Assembly (NCBI GenBank): GCA_965153455.1 | Contig: OZ234493.1 | Span: 21,690,213-21,754,212 of the forward strand | DNA: 64,000 nt | Reading direction: 5' to 3' | Origin: Sphagnum compactum | Lineage: Eukaryota | Shown here: in pieces, positions 48,124 to 62,610 of the stretch | How the letters are laid out: each line of letters opens with the position of its first letter | Numbering within the stretch: the first letter of the stretch is position 1 | Notes under the pieces: model-generated | Told to the model about the DNA's origin: nothing | The model's input: the letters and a program-made list of their open reading frames with translations, nothing else | The model's database searches: none | Translations under genes and position numbers: made by a program

Positions 48124-50624
48124 TGTATATGTAATAATATTTCCAAACACAACATTGTTATTTTTGCATGTTGTTTTGTGGGGTTGTTTTCTAAATTAGT
48201 GTACAGTTGTGCTTGGATCACCCAATTCACAATTATTAAGTATCATCCATCACAATGCAAATGCTGAATTACATTACCCAACAACCTATTTTCCATTTCT
48301 TGGTTAGAATCATGCTTCTTTATTGATGTTGTGCTCTACAACTTTTTCTGTGTCTGGATAACCCTCTTTTCAAATTCTTTCCAATTTATGGAGCTCAAAA
48401 TTGAAAGCTCAAAATTCAGGAAAGTTTCTTTTTATGTTGGTTGGCCTGTTGTAGGAATGTTGTCTGTGTGGTGTGTTACATAGTTCATAATGGAGGGCAT
48501 TTTGTGTTGGAACATTTGCAAATGCTTGTCTTACTTAAGTTTTACATCATCTGCAGAAGCATGTTTGGTGTGCTCTCATGTCACAACTTCCTCAACCTTT
48601 TAACTGTCTTTTGTCACACTCGAATTCCTTGACTATGTTTCCTATATGACCCTTCCCCAATTTCAGTTCCCAGGGCACCGTCTATATGGTGTCACTCAAA
48701 ATTCCTCCTCGAAACTTTCAACCCCTCTTCCCTTTCTGTCCCCATACCATGTCTTTAGAACCAACAGAGCTTGACACCTATATAAGCTTACTAAACTTTT
48801 ATGACAAGACAAATGTTCTTTCCAAGGCGTCCTTTATGGAATATGTGTGATCAAGGGACATTGGAACCTTTGGCACCAATTGGCTTACAAAGCTTGGGAA
48901 CGTAAGAATTGACTAACCATAATGTCTTGTTCATCTGTCAAATTGTAGCTCCAGTTCGCATGTTTGAACTGAGAATTAGCACTTGCTGATGTGCATAGAG
49001 TATGCAGGCCAAGTGATGAGTGATGAAAAAAAATGAAGATGAAAATTTGTTCAGATTCGTAACTCTTAGTGCTACCCACCCCACCACTGTGTCATAGGAC
49101 TTCATGCAACCCTTGCACACACTTGAGAAGGTGAGTTCAAAAACCATGTCTCACTGTTGTTTGTAAGTTCACAAGATCTATAATGTGCCACCACACTACT
49201 AAAAATTTAGAGTACATCACCTTCAAGATTGCAAATGTTCTTTTGTTACCACTTACATGGATTAAATAAGTGTATTATATAATTTTATTTCTGTTTCTAA
49301 AAGGCACTACATTTGAGTTTTTTTCCAATAAGTAGATACAAGGTTTGAAATCTAGCAGAGTCAAAGATCCTCAAACCTTGTCATTCTTTTTATGAGGCTC
49401 ATAATTTTAGTGTTGAAAAGTTTGCCCTTTGTCTTCATTCCTTGAACTGTTTAAAGTTTCATAAAATCCCATTTATATTGAGATTTCTTTGTAAATTGCT
49501 AGTTTCTATTTGTACAGGGACTTTGACCAATGTCTCTAAGTAGCTGAGTTCCATTTCAAAACCCATACTTAACCACTTGTGGTCAATGAAATTTTTGTAC
49601 TAAAACTTAGCAAGGCTCATGTTCATTCTGTTAGTAATTAAATTTTCATTTACTATGCAGATTAAATCTTTTGGAATTGGAGTTTGATAAATTTTCTCTT
49701 ATGCACAAACATATCAACCATATAAATTCTATATACAATAAGAGGAACCTAGTTGATGTTCCAACTTTTTTCCTGGCAAATTTAGAAATATGAAAATATG
49801 AAAATAAATGACTCCTATGGGAATTGAATCACCAGATTTCAAAAAACTAGAAATTTTCAGTGTAAAATGTGTTTTCTTCACAAGAAGTCAGCACTCTGGC
49901 AAAATCGCAAAATTGAAAAATAAACAAAATACTGGTAAGAAAGTTCAGATTAGAATAATCTTCAGTCATTGTTTGAGTTTTCATTTTTTTAAATTATTAT
50001 TGTTGGTGCATCAAACAACTTTTTATGTCACATATATGTGGCTTAAGAACAAACAAGACATAAGTCATTTCGAGTCTCCCATAGTTTTGAGGTTGTGAAA
50101 GCTTCAAGATAGTAGAGAGTTTGATAAATAATATTTTCCTTTCATTTCATTGTCGTCCTTAGAGAGAATAAATTGATAACATCATGGGTGTTAATTTCAG
50201 AATCTATTTTACAAATTTTTACTTATTTGTGACATGTATTTATTTGTACAATAACTATAAGGGCAGACTCCTGATGATGAAAATAATTCAAAGACCCTGA
50301 GGTAGAATTTGTGCTGATTGTAAAAAGAGACCTAAAAAGGTTCTTAAGAAATTCCCATGTCCAAGCTCATGGACATTTTGTTTTTTACTCCATAACCAAG
50401 ATACAATTGTATGTGAACATTTAGATCATTCTCATCCATCTTGTATGCAATATTTATATCCTTCGGAATACATGTACCACATTCCTTATTCTCTATGTGA
50501 AGAGTTATGTTCATCTTTGACTCAAGATTTGCTTGGTCGGACCTGTGTTCAAGAACCTTGAGCTCTATGATTTGTTTAAATTATAATGAATAAACCAGTG
50601 TTAGGCAGGTTTATGGCAGTTTTT

Positions 50625-50900
50625 TTTTTTTGGCGAAATTTCGCCAAATTTCTACCTGAAAAATATGATTTCGACCTATACAAAAGGTTTTCCATGGAAA
50701 AAATGGCCAAAATTAGCCAGATTTCAAAATATATATATAAATTCCAGATCGCGAAATTTTTATGATAAGTTCCAAAAGGTAGTCAAGAATACAGAAGGAT
50801 TCTGCTTTTTTTCTACTTTCATATCTAATCTGTAGCCAATTCTGGCTAAATCATCCTATGGATGATCACCACTTCAGCTACATCACAAAATTGAAAAAAA
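50625..50900. repeat. Dispersed non-coding repeat with a short terminal palindrome
   Basis: TTTGGCGAAATTTCGCCAAA palindrome at ~50629-50648. The right part is related to the 12553-12800 repeat. Confidence 0.55.
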
Positions 50901-51640
50901 AAAACCTGGTACATGGTTTATCATACTCTAATATGGTAATGGTATAGACAAGTTCCATACCAAAATGAGTATAACCAAATTTTTGATTTTAAATGATGGT
51001 AAAAATATAAGTAGTGAGGAGCAAGTAGTGAAAATCGATATTGATACTCTGTGAAATATATATCACAAGTTAAAATATTCTCCGTTTTAACTTCTAATGC
51101 TTGAAATGAAAACTAGTCGAATGTGTAGAATGAAGGTTACAAAAACGCCTGGAAGGCTCCTAAGACATTTTATGTTGTGTGAGATTCTTGGAAGATACGC
51201 ATGGAAAATTCAAGAAAGCTAATGTGGCATGACAAATGGGTCGCGCACATGAAGGAATAAGCGCGGCAGTCTCGAGAAGCAGATCTGCCCACGATCGGCC
51301 ACAAAACCTGGCAGGCGGAAAATCCCGATGTTCTGCTCGGTCGCACCCGGCAGACGTCTGCCTGCCATTTTAGCTCCCCTTCCGGCCTGCCCACGAACTG
51401 CGGCGCTCCGTTTAGCACTCTGCCCGAGTCTCTCAAGAATTTCACCGTTCACCTTCGTGCTCACCCGTGCTCACCTGCCTGCATTCCATAGCCGTTTTCT
51501 CGCTGCACACAATATAGGCACTGTGCTTTTCAATATTTTTTTTGAATCACATTTTCTTCTGTCTTTCTCACTGCACACAATACAGGCACAGTGTTTCTCG
51601 AAAAAATTCTTTGAATCACATTTCTTCTGTCTTTCTCACC

Positions 51641-52285
51641 ATGGAACTGTCTCAAGAACCAAGTTTCCTGTCCCAGATGATGATGGGATCAAGCTCTTCA
51701 CTTCCCTTGTTCATTGTGCCTCACATAGCACCTCAGCTCCACCCAAATCCAAGAGAGATTGGAAAGATGATTCTACAGCACTATTGATGGATTTGTTTGA
51801 GGAAACGTTTCTTGCCAATAGCATGAACAGCTTGACACAGCAGCAGTGGCAAGAAATTTTATTGAGGATTGAGGAGGCATTTCCATGGACCCCTCTGCAC
51901 ACTTGGGCTCAAGTTCAGTCCAAAGTACACAAAATGCAGAAGAAATTTAATCAGTTGAAACAGGAGCATGGAGAATCCGGCGCACGTCACTGCAAATGGC
52001 CATGGTTTGAGCAATGTTTAATGATTTGGGGCAAGACTGCCAAGGCATGTGGCACTGCTGGAGGTATGGACAATGGTGTTCCAATTGATTCGGTGGGTGG
52101 ATCTGCGCAGGAGCCTGTCAACTTGGAGGATACTGAAGAACATGATGCTCCTCCATTTGCAAGCAACTCTTCTCAAGTCAGTAAGACTCCACCCACACCG
52201 AGCTCAGCAGCTTGCAAGAAGCCAGGGATGGACGGTAAGCCTCCACAAAAATCTGTTTTTAAGAAATTGTGTAGAGGGCAGGGAG
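51641..52285 (+). pseudogene. Myb/SANT-like (trihelix-type) DNA-binding protein fragment, probably transposon (PIF/Harbinger-like) derived
   Basis: Spaced Trp pattern RDWKDDSTALLMDLF..QQQWQEIL..TWAQVQSKVHKMQKKF..KWPWFEQC. The likely start MELSQEPSF (ATG 51641) is in another frame, implying a frameshift near 51735. No transposase seen. Confidence 0.7.
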
Positions 52286-52371
52286 AGAAAATTAGATGGA
52301 CAGCTAAAAAGGTGGGCAGACTATGTGTGCCTGTGCGCATTTTGTCTGCCTGCCTCGCTTTCGGCCAGCGA

Positions 52372-53244
52372 ATTTCAAGGAGCAGGCAGGCAGAAGCCAA
52401 GGTTTTCGCAATCATGTGCTTGACCCAAAAGAAGCCCAAGGTACTGTGTACTGGGCTCTCAAAACAGGGATCGCCATTCCGTATGCTGACAACCTTAAGG
52501 TACAGCAGGGTTTCGAATACTTCGCCAATCAACCCAGGAATCAAGCGTCAGACTCAAAATTTTCAAAATATTAAAGTTACCCATAAAGTCAGGAAAAGAC
52601 AGCATCGGAACCCCCTGTTTGGTCACACAGGGGACCAGATTTCAAAAAAAGGGAACAAAAAGTAAACTAGACTTCAACTGGGCATGAAACTCAGTTTAGC
52701 AGCAAATTTGGTGCTAAACCGAGTTTGCCCTGTCCTTGCTTTTTCCGAATGCCTTCAACCAATCACTGCTGCTGCTTTGTGTGCTGTAGCTGTAAATGTT
52801 CTCGTGCCTGGTGCATTTAATCCGAAGTCTCAGTATTTCATAGCCCTATTTAATAAAATTTCATGACTTTGCAGACAACAGCCAGGAGGGGATGAAGCAT
52901 CAAATGAGGGGTGCAACTCTGGCCCAACAGGCCATGACTTTACGGATAACTCTATTGTCAAGGATTTTACAGGGCCTTGAACCTATTCGAGAAACAATTA
53001 CCTGGAAGCAACTCAATACAATTAAGAATTCATTTTCTTGTGACTTTAATAAAAACGCCACAGCACCTTGTTCCCAAGCGTTTACCGATAACTGCTGGCT
53101 TTACAAAGTACATTTCAGGACTCCACAAATGACAGAACCACAATCGATGACTCAAGTTCGTACATCAAAACCTTAATATCTCCTGACCAGTTTTCATAGA
53201 ACGAAAGTTTGCACCACAAGCTTTTCTTGGCAAACGCTTGCTTA
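52372..53244 (+). repeat. Dispersed copy of 1-875 (inverted relative to it)
   Basis: Continuous alignment to the reverse complement of 1-875. Confidence 0.9.
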
Positions 53245-53579
53245 CCAGGCACCTTCTGTAGGCAGTTATGATAAACGTTGTGGAACGGACAGTGAGATAA
53301 GTGTAAAGGTTGGGAAACACACTCTTAGCAGGCGGCCTCTGCAGGTTGCTCAACCTACCAACCTCTCACGGATTCAGTTCCATCGGTACTATTTTCCGGC
53401 CAGAGTGAACCAGCAGCCACCAATGCACCAGTTGGCCATTCTGTCCACTAAATGGGCTGCGTTTTATCATTCCGCATCAATGGGGTTCATCACAGTCCAT
53501 TTCTTTTGGTTGTTTGATCACTGTACTTTTTTTTTTTGGTTTGTTCTTGGTTGTTTTTTCCCTGAACCTGACCTCACAC

Positions 53580-53830
53580 ATAGTTACCCTACTCACCTTC
53601 CTATCCTCATAAGTATTGTACCAACCTTGGTACCTTTCTAGCTATCCCCTACTGACATAGCTACCTTAATAACTAGTTATCCTACTAACCTAACTACTAT
53701 ACTAACTACCTACCCTACTAACCTAACTACCTTTTTAACTACATACCTTATTAACTTAGCTTCCCTACTGACCTAACCATTGTACTAACTATCTACCCTA
53801 CTGATCTAGTTACATTACTATTTAGCAACG
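53580..53830. repeat. Degenerate tandem / low-complexity repeat (CCTACTAACCTAACTA-like)
   Basis: Recurring CCTACTAACCTAACTAC / CCCTACTGACCTA motifs with strong strand asymmetry. Confidence 0.7.
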
Positions 53831-54962
53831 CTATATACACAATCACCCTATTGACATAAATATTCTACAAACTTGCAAACATGATGTCTGATCTGCTAGG
53901 GTACAACTACTGCAGTTTGGGGTTTTCCAATTTGACACTGACCGCATGTGGTGGGAGGTGATGTTCTTGCAGTACACCTTATGATGGCATACTTTTTGAG
54001 TTCACCTGTTAGACTTCTATCCTACAATCAAAAAAATGCCATTAGTTAAAAAGTTCAATATGAGTCCATTTTTTTCCTAAGAATCATGCATAATTTTTGA
54101 TATAATTTTCAATAAAGTCCATTGCAACACGAATAATAAATTTTTTGAAAATGTTAATATGAAATGACCTTTTTAAACAAATGCATCTACAATTTTAAAA
54201 AAAATTATGATCATCCAAATTGTCACCCTTAATTGTGCTTTCATGTTCCTCATGATGAGACCTAGATGTCCACTTCAACATGATACCTTTTATTTATGAC
54301 ATCCAAAAAAAAACAAAAAAACTACGATTTATAGGTCAAATTTTATAGTTTTCTGTGAGCCATACCGACACAACCATGTGCGGTAGTCTCAATTTTTAAG
54401 AATTGCATCAAGGTTATTTGAGTGGGGTAAGGTTATTAAGGGCTTTTAGCGACTTCATAGGGAATGATGAATGCGCTTGGTGCATAGGGGGTTTGTTTTC
54501 TTTTCTGAAATGCGTTATTGGTGAATAAGGAGTTGGATTAGTTTTTTTCTTCAACGAAGGCTTATGACCATAGTTTCAAAAAAAACTCTGTTGCGTAATT
54601 AGGGGTGAGAAATCTCTAGAAGGTTGGGGGTAGAAGTAGACTCCAAAATTAGCAGTGTTCAACACAACATTAGTCTTGTTATGGTATTTAGAGAGTAGCA
54701 AGCCTGTTAGAAATTCTCGAAACAATTGAAGGGGTGTTAATGAAAGGTCTAATAGAAATAGAACAATCTTCAAGCCGTTGAACATAAGGCAACTCAACGA
54801 TTAAATAGATAGTATGATAGTGTGCCAATGGCAACAGGAATCTAATGATAACTGAAACATTTATTTAGAATAAGGTTAAGCTCAGCAAAGAGCTGCATGT
54901 ACATTTGAAATTCTGGGCTATGCCATAGTGATAGTTCACAACTGCAGGAAATCTTGGATGCG

Positions 54963-55358
54963 TCAGATGGTGCGAACTAAGTAGTCCGCCTTGCTATTAG
55001 GAGACAGTCGACGAATCGGACCGCACAACCAACGATAGTGTCTAATGCCGGGAACTGAAAACCATGCGAAGATAGAAGTATCTTCAGTTTTGTAACAACC
55101 TTCACAAACGGTCTCGGGTTCGTCACTAGAAGCGGGGTCGATTTGCAGCAAGATCACCAAGGTGCGAGAGTTCGGAAAAATACGATAGTACCAGGCTCGA
55201 GGGGGTTCAACTTCAAGACGAGCATGCACCTCTCGAGGTTTGGCTTCTTCATCACGAGGATGCTGTGTCAGGGTAAGATCTAGAAATGAATCCAGAGGCG
55301 GTTCTTCATTCGCTTGAGCGACTTGCGGCCCGTAAGATGTGCCCATGCGCGACGCCAT
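54963..55358 (-). CDS. Hypothetical 131-aa ORF in a CpG-rich island (unknown, possibly mobile-element associated)
   Basis: ATG-initiated uninterrupted ORF, visibly richer in GC and CpG than its flanks. No recognisable domain. Confidence 0.3.
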   Translation of the reverse strand: MASRMGTSYGPQVAQANEEPPLDSFLDLTLTQHPRDEEAKPREVHARLEVEPPRAWYYRIFPNSRTLVILLQIDPASSDEPETVCEGCYKTEDTSIFAWFSVPGIRHYRWLCGPIRRLSPNSKADYLVRTI

Positions 55359-55910
55359 AATTTCAAGGAGAGGAAAAAGGTCAGATCTTCAACCAAATCA
55401 AATCGATAATGAAGGTGCGAAGGACTTGTTACATTGAGGTGCATAGTCGTAATTTATAGATCGAAGAAAAGGAAAGGAAGGCGTGAGTAACGGCTTAGAA
55501 CCATGGTAAAGTAAAACCGTGATGTCAAAGGAAAAAAATTGAAGGTTTAAGTAAAGTTTATTGGGGGGAAAGTGAAAGAGGTGAAAAGGTGTTTCTCCTT
55601 CACCTTCCATTGGCCACCAAGCTTGGAACCTTCCATTGGCCACCAAGCTTTGAATCTACCTTCACCTCCCTTCTCTTTCTCTTCAAAAGGCGGACTCGGA
55701 TCATTGGGGTCTCTCTCTTTGCCTCGGAGATAATTTTCATTCAATCTTGAATACTTGTTTCTACAAGCTTCGTGAAGAGAAAAAGAATGATTAGTTTTAG
55801 TAGAGGGGAGAAGGAAGGGAAGTAGAACGAAAATCTTGTAATAGTTTTGAAGGAATGGGGGTAGGTAGTGATAGTGTTGGAAGATTGGAACTTTAGAGAA
55901 ATCTCACAAA

Positions 55911-56275
55911 CCCCCTCGGGTTTCATAGCACAACTTCTTGCTGGTTCAGCTGCAGATCTTGAGATTTAGTAGGAAGGTGCGCCTTGTAGTTAGCTTTCCA
56001 ATGAGCTAAGGCAAGCCGGATTTAGATACCGTATGTGTTAGAAACAATATTCTGAGTGACTAGAAGTCTACAGTCAAGTTGAACATCTACCTTCGCAAAA
56101 CCCTCTCGGGTTTGGTGGTATAACTCCTCATTGGTTTAAATGCAGATCTTGAGATTTGGTAGGAAGGTGCGCCTTGTAGTTAGCTTTCCAATGAGCTAAG
56201 GCAAGCTGGATTTGAATAATGTATGTGTTAGAAATGATGTTTTAAGTGACTGATGGTCTGCAGCTATGTTGGACA
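55911..56275. repeat. Two-copy ~190-bp tandem repeat
   Basis: TGCAGATCTTGAGATTTxGTAGGAAGGTGCGCCTTGTAGTTAGCTTTCCAATGAGCTAAGGCAAGC at ~55951 and ~56141. Confidence 0.9.
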
Positions 56276-59200
56276 TGGTGTTGAGTCTTTAAACATTGGT
56301 TTAAATGAATGGCAATTTGACATAAAGTTTTAGAATGTGTAGCGTGTGAGCTTGGAAAAAATATATCTATCAATCCTAATCGTGAATGATGCATAGGAAG
56401 CAGGCTACTTAATTTCAACTACAAACGTAATTTAACATATAGAATTACACTTGCATCTTTCCTTGACCAATAGCTTTTGTGCTTCCAAGCATAGTCACCT
56501 TGTAGAACCGGGAGTAGAGGGACGGAAAGTCGCTTCACATTTTCACATGAAAAAGACATTGGTGTAATGTTCATTTAAATGAAATATATTAATACCCATG
56601 TCAAGTACCTTTTCAAGTTTGGTAAAATAGATGAACATTATGTAATTTGATCAAGACAATAACAAATTTTTCTCTTTGAAAGGGACTCCAAAGATAATCA
56701 TGGCTAACAAACACAAAGCAACTTGGGACATTTGACAATGAGTTTGCATGTCACAATTGGTGGGTTTCTTGTTAATTCCATAAGTACTATTCCAATCTCA
56801 TTGTTACAAAAAGGATGTTGGCCAAGCCAATGAAAATCGACTTAAAAAAACAATGGTTAAAAAAAACTAAAAGCTATCAATACACTAAAAGTGAAACATT
56901 CAAAAGAAGTAAGAAAAGGAACCTTGAATTACATTACAAAATCTTATATGCTCAAACCTCAATTTCTCTATACTAATTTTTTTCTTAAATTTAGTTTATT
57001 GGTTATGGTGATTACTAGGGGAAGTAGGTTTTTTCAAGTTGGCAATTGGGATGGAAGATGTGTGCATCTTTTAAGGTGTAATTAAGATTCATTCTCTAAG
57101 GAAAATGACCAAGATTGAAGGGAGACCTTTTCGACCTTTCATACACCAAGCTTTGTTTGGTAATCATGTACAAAATTGTCTTCATGTTTATGTAAGCAAT
57201 GCAAGTTTTTTCACTATAAGGAGGAATTGATCACTAGATTTCAGTCCTTGTGAAATCTCCTTTCTTTTAACTATGCCATTACAAAGCACTAACATTAAAA
57301 AACATCCATGCATGCGGGATCCATGATGACAACATTTACTTAGGTTTGACGTAGTGTTGTTTGATTCATGGTGTTACCCAAAACCTTCAAATTGATGGGT
57401 CTTCAGATTTGAAAAACCTTTAGTTCCAATGTTTTCCCAAAACAATTGGAGCCCATTGTAGTTCCGAACCTAATCCAACTCCACTTACACTTCACCTAGC
57501 TTGAGTTTAAAGAATTGTGTAATATTATTAGTGTCTACCTACATTATACACAACCCAAGATAAAAGATTATACGATTACAATATTGCACAATCAAGTTAA
57601 AGTTGCCACATGCCTATATTTGTGCTTTGAAAAATTTAAAATTATTGTTATAAGAATAATCGATGAACATTTTCAAAATGATGACTTTTTGAAATATTGT
57701 CATATTTCCTTTTAGACTTTGGTTGTGTATCACCATATTTTTTTATAGTTTTGTAAAAGTTGCCACATACTTTTACCCATGTATTGAATATATCACCTAC
57801 AAACAGAAAACAACATTATAACCACTAGCTATTTTTAGAGGTTTTTAGTGTTGTTTAGCCTTAACAATATTATAAATGTCATTTTATTTTCAATATTGGC
57901 ATTTTTTTGACATTCTGAAATCAATACTTGAATCGATTACCAATTTATTCCCCATTTAACAATATACTATTCATAAATTGAAGTTATTCCCTTAACCAAT
58001 GAAATAAAAAGAAAACCAATGATGGGGATTTGTAGATTTCATGAACTATTCTTTGGGGTGAAAACACATTAGGGTCCTCAAAAATGTAGTCACAAGAATT
58101 GTTTTGCAACATTTGATCATAATTTTGTTGAAGTGAAATTTCACAATTGGAAGTATACTTGTGAATTTTGAGGAGATTTGAATAGCTTGGAACTCAGGTT
58201 AATCATTTCTACAAAATATGTATCAAATGATGGAGAGCTAAAAATGTATGAATAGATTTATCACAAAATAATACCCATCATAAAATTTGAAAATTTAAAA
58301 TTGTATTGCAAAAGTGGGGTTGTAGGTGGTATGTTTTGCATTAAATTTTGGGTGGTGAATGATAAAATTGATAAAAATTAACAAATTCTCTTGATATTGA
58401 TAAGTTTCTCAAAAAAAATTAATTTATGTCACACATTAGACATGTTTTTTAATAGTTTAAAGCCATAAATGCATTATAATTTATTATTATTATTATATTA
58501 ACCTACCTTCAAATGAAAGAAGAGCACATATATGAATTGGGCATTGCACTTTTTTCCACTTAAATTTTGTTTATGAATGTGGCATGGACCAAAAGTACAT
58601 GCGTTTTGACATAAAAAAACAACTGCAAATTATACATGATATGTGATGTATACATTGCATATATGCAACCATTTGAAATTTTGATCATTTGATCACATGA
58701 AAGTGGTCGCAAATTGAATTGGTCATAAATCACTTTATGTATCTTGATTGTTTGTTTACATTTTGACCATTCAATCAAGATGGAAATCTTAAAATGTTTG
58801 CTTAAAATTATATTTTGTCAAAATATTTTAATAATTATAAATATTATAAACATTATAATGATTTTTGTCTAAAATGGGTAGATTCAAGTGTGTTCTTACC
58901 TTTCATGTGACATTTTGACTTGTGCAAAATAACAAGGTTTAACTATAGGTGAGATTACATCAATCTCATAAATGATATATTTGTATAAATGTTATTTGAT
59001 TTGTTATGATCACTTATCAATTTAATGACACATAAAATACCACCACCTAGAAATAAAAAGATCAAGTTTATTCAAAAGCATTGGACAACATCATAAACTG
59101 GAGCATTGTTTCTTGTTACATGTAGGCATTTGTAGTTGGAGAAAATTTGTAAGTATTGTTGGAATGTTAAGAACATTTCATTTGTAGGGAATTTAGAAAA

Positions 59201-62200
59201 GCATAGTATGACTCCACATATGATCATGTGATGATTCACAAATTGACTCACAATTTACGCACCTTTGTATAATTTGGTTATGTTTGACTTATAAAACTTC
59301 AAGGTGACCATGAACACATTTAGATGAAACAAATGTAATGGAAAGTTATCATTGGAACAAAATCTATGATCAACATGTAAAACAATAGACCTAAACATAT
59401 AAGTACATTTTTAGTTTGTGGAAATAGTTAACGATTGCTAACAATTATTTAAATGAAGGTCATTAAAATTGTATCAAATATCAAGTCCAACCTTGGATCA
59501 GATAGTTGGCAAATACACTTAAAAATCTATATTGAAACATCAAACACCTAAATATTACTTGTAATTCATAAGTTATCATACAAATATATCTTTTGAAAAA
59601 ACTAATTCAATGTTTGTTTTGATGTCACATTGAGGTCTCATAATTACACAATGCTCCTTACTGCACTCTTAATACCAATGTAAATTTTTTGATGATAGGA
59701 ATGTATTGAGGTGGATTTGTAATGACTATAGGTATAATGCAAGATTTATTGCATGTTGAAGAAAATTTTGAAAAACAACTCAACAAAATCAACACTAAAA
59801 GTTTTAGAGAAATTGGGGGTGGGCTTTTGGTATTGTTGGAAAACCTCAATAAGTTGGGTTTAATCGAAGTAGTTTTGTAACGCTTAGACCAGAGGTTTGG
59901 AAGAGATTGAATTTGATTAGGTTTTTGTCATTGGAAATGTAATAATAAATGAAACTCCATTTTTTAGTGAAAATTGGATTTCAGACATAAGTTAGAGAGA
60001 TGTGCGATTTTCCTTTTCAAAATTCAACAATTGGGCCAACAACATAGACCATACTAGTTTCCAATCAGATATACAATAATAGTTTTAAAACATTGCATAT
60101 AATAAAACAAGGATTGGAAACCATCATGAAGCTTTCATGTAAAAAGCAACAATCACATAATAAAATATGAAAAAGGTTGTTATTGACACCAATTAAAACT
60201 AATGTGAAGTTGTTTTTGGGCCCAAAAGCATGAATTGACTATTTCATGGTAAATTTAGTCACAAAACAATTAGTATAAATTATCCATCCAATATCCATCA
60301 AACTTTACATGTTTTGTGACAATTCTAGATCTTGGATTTTTACATCTTTTCTTTTTTGGTGTGTATCTCCAACTATGAATAAGTAATAAGAGACCACTTG
60401 CCTCACTTCCTTATAAGCAACCATGTTTCAAGGCATGTGTGTGTAGCAAATGTAGCTATTCATGATTGGTTATTCAATTTGCAAACAAAATTTAGTTATA
60501 AGAAATCATTTTCACACATGAAATATAGCTTTATATACTTTTTGTTAAGTTGGATTCACATTGAGGTGATAAAAGGAATAAATTACGAGAATAAACTAGC
60601 ACTAACTCTTTGTCATTCACGCAAAGACAATAAAAAAAAGCCCAAAATTAGAGAGTTGGCGAGTGACATCTCAATTGGGTTTAGGAGGGATCATGTTTTA
60701 AAATATCTTATCTCTAAAAATAAAGATTTTTAATTTTTCTAGATTTGAGGTCAAGTTAAGATCGAATATGGATTCGACGCCTTGATTTCAAAAGATTAAC
60801 ATTTGGGAAGATCTTAACAACAAAAAAATTCACAAAAATATCAAAATTTTAACCTCAGAACCACACTGAAAGTTTTATCAACCTAAAGGTTGAAGAGCCA
60901 GAACCAAACAAACATTGGTTTTTAATTTTTACCATGGAATGAGTGTGTGTGTTTGGTTCACCCAATGCCCAACAGAAGAGCAGTTTGGCTGGATCAAGTA
61001 CATCCTCAAGGCAAGGAGGCAGATAGTGTTAATGCACCTAGGACGAACCCAGAAGGTTTTCTCAGTTCTCGGATGAAATTGAGTGAGGTCTCTCCATCCA
61101 ACTGGTAAAAGGAATTGTCACATTATCATTGAAAAGTATGGCATGTGAAAGCCATTTCAAAAAGAGTACACTACATAGGGCTAAAATTTCCACACTGAAC
61201 TGACTCACTAATATAATATTTGCAACCCTAAACAAACCCCTTTATTCAATATCAAAGCCTTCAATGTCCTTCACCGTTTGGAAAGACCAGGCGAAATTGT
61301 TTTAGTGTCTGGCCTCATGCGGGGGCCCTTACCCTTGTTACAGTAACTTGTTTGTCCTCATGCCTTACATTACACAAAAATCCCCCTGAATAATGGGAAA
61401 AACAAATTCAGAGTTTAAAAAATTTCCAAGGCTGAAATTTTGAGTTTATTTGGATTGATGAAAGCCTCCAAAAATAAAATAAAAATTACACTTGTTTGGC
61501 CATTTGGTGCATCATCTTGGAAAAATGGTGGCATTATGTGTGGGGGGAAAAAAAGGCCTTAATGGAATTATGTTGTTTGAGGGCTTGACAAATACAGAGG
61601 GAGTGGGGAGTTCATGCCTCAGAATACTTAGTTCTTTGTGTGGCCTGTTTTTCAAGCTGATATAATTTGAAATTTGCAATCCTAGAGACACCATCACAAT
61701 TATTTGAAGTTTGTGAACCCAATTGTGATTGACAATTGAAGACTTCATTACCATAGTACCTTTGGCCATTTCAACAGATGTCTGTCGAATAATTAATTCA
61801 TATTGAAAAATTCATTTCAACAAATGGAATATTCCTAAATATTCATTATTATCTTTCACAATATTTTTTGATTCGGAATAAATGATTTTTTAAATTAAAA
61901 AATTCTGAAAATAATATAATTAGTGTTGAACTGGCCAAGGTACTAGGGTATATACTCCTGACTAGGGTTTTTTTTTTTAAATGTTTTTTTTCAATTTTGT
62001 GGGGGTAAGTGGACCCTTGATCATCCACAAGAGGACTTACCCAAAGTTGGTTACAGGTGGTCAAAGACGAGAGTAGAAGTTTTTTTGGAACCTCACTACT
62101 TTGGGGACATACTAGAACCTGTGTTAAAACTGGGGATTTCAATTGCTTTTCCTCCAAATATTGCAACTTTGGGCCATTTTTCCCCCAAATAATTCATTTG

Positions 62201-62610
62201 CACGAGTTGCAGCCGGCCCTTTTTTTCTCTGTCACCCAGTGGCGAAAATTCATCGGGCTGGTGGTCTAAATATTTATCAAATTCAGTTTGCATTCAATTT
62301 ACCTAACTAAGTTCCAGGATTTCATCATCGCACACTATTTTGTTTGAGCCTGCCCGGAGAGGATAGAGCCATTACTAGTCATGCTGTGAAGTTTCAAGGA
62401 AAAATTGATATATCAAATTTTAAATGAAAGCTAAGGAAGTAAGTTTCATGGTGACCACTCAAAACCGACACCATTCATTGCACTCTGACTAGGAAACTAT
62501 GAATTGGTACTGTGTTGTTAAGTTTGACAAAAATACACATCAAATATGTAAGTTGTGAGTAAAACTATACACATTATTATACATTGCAAGGGTTTTCTGT
62601 CTTGTTTTAA

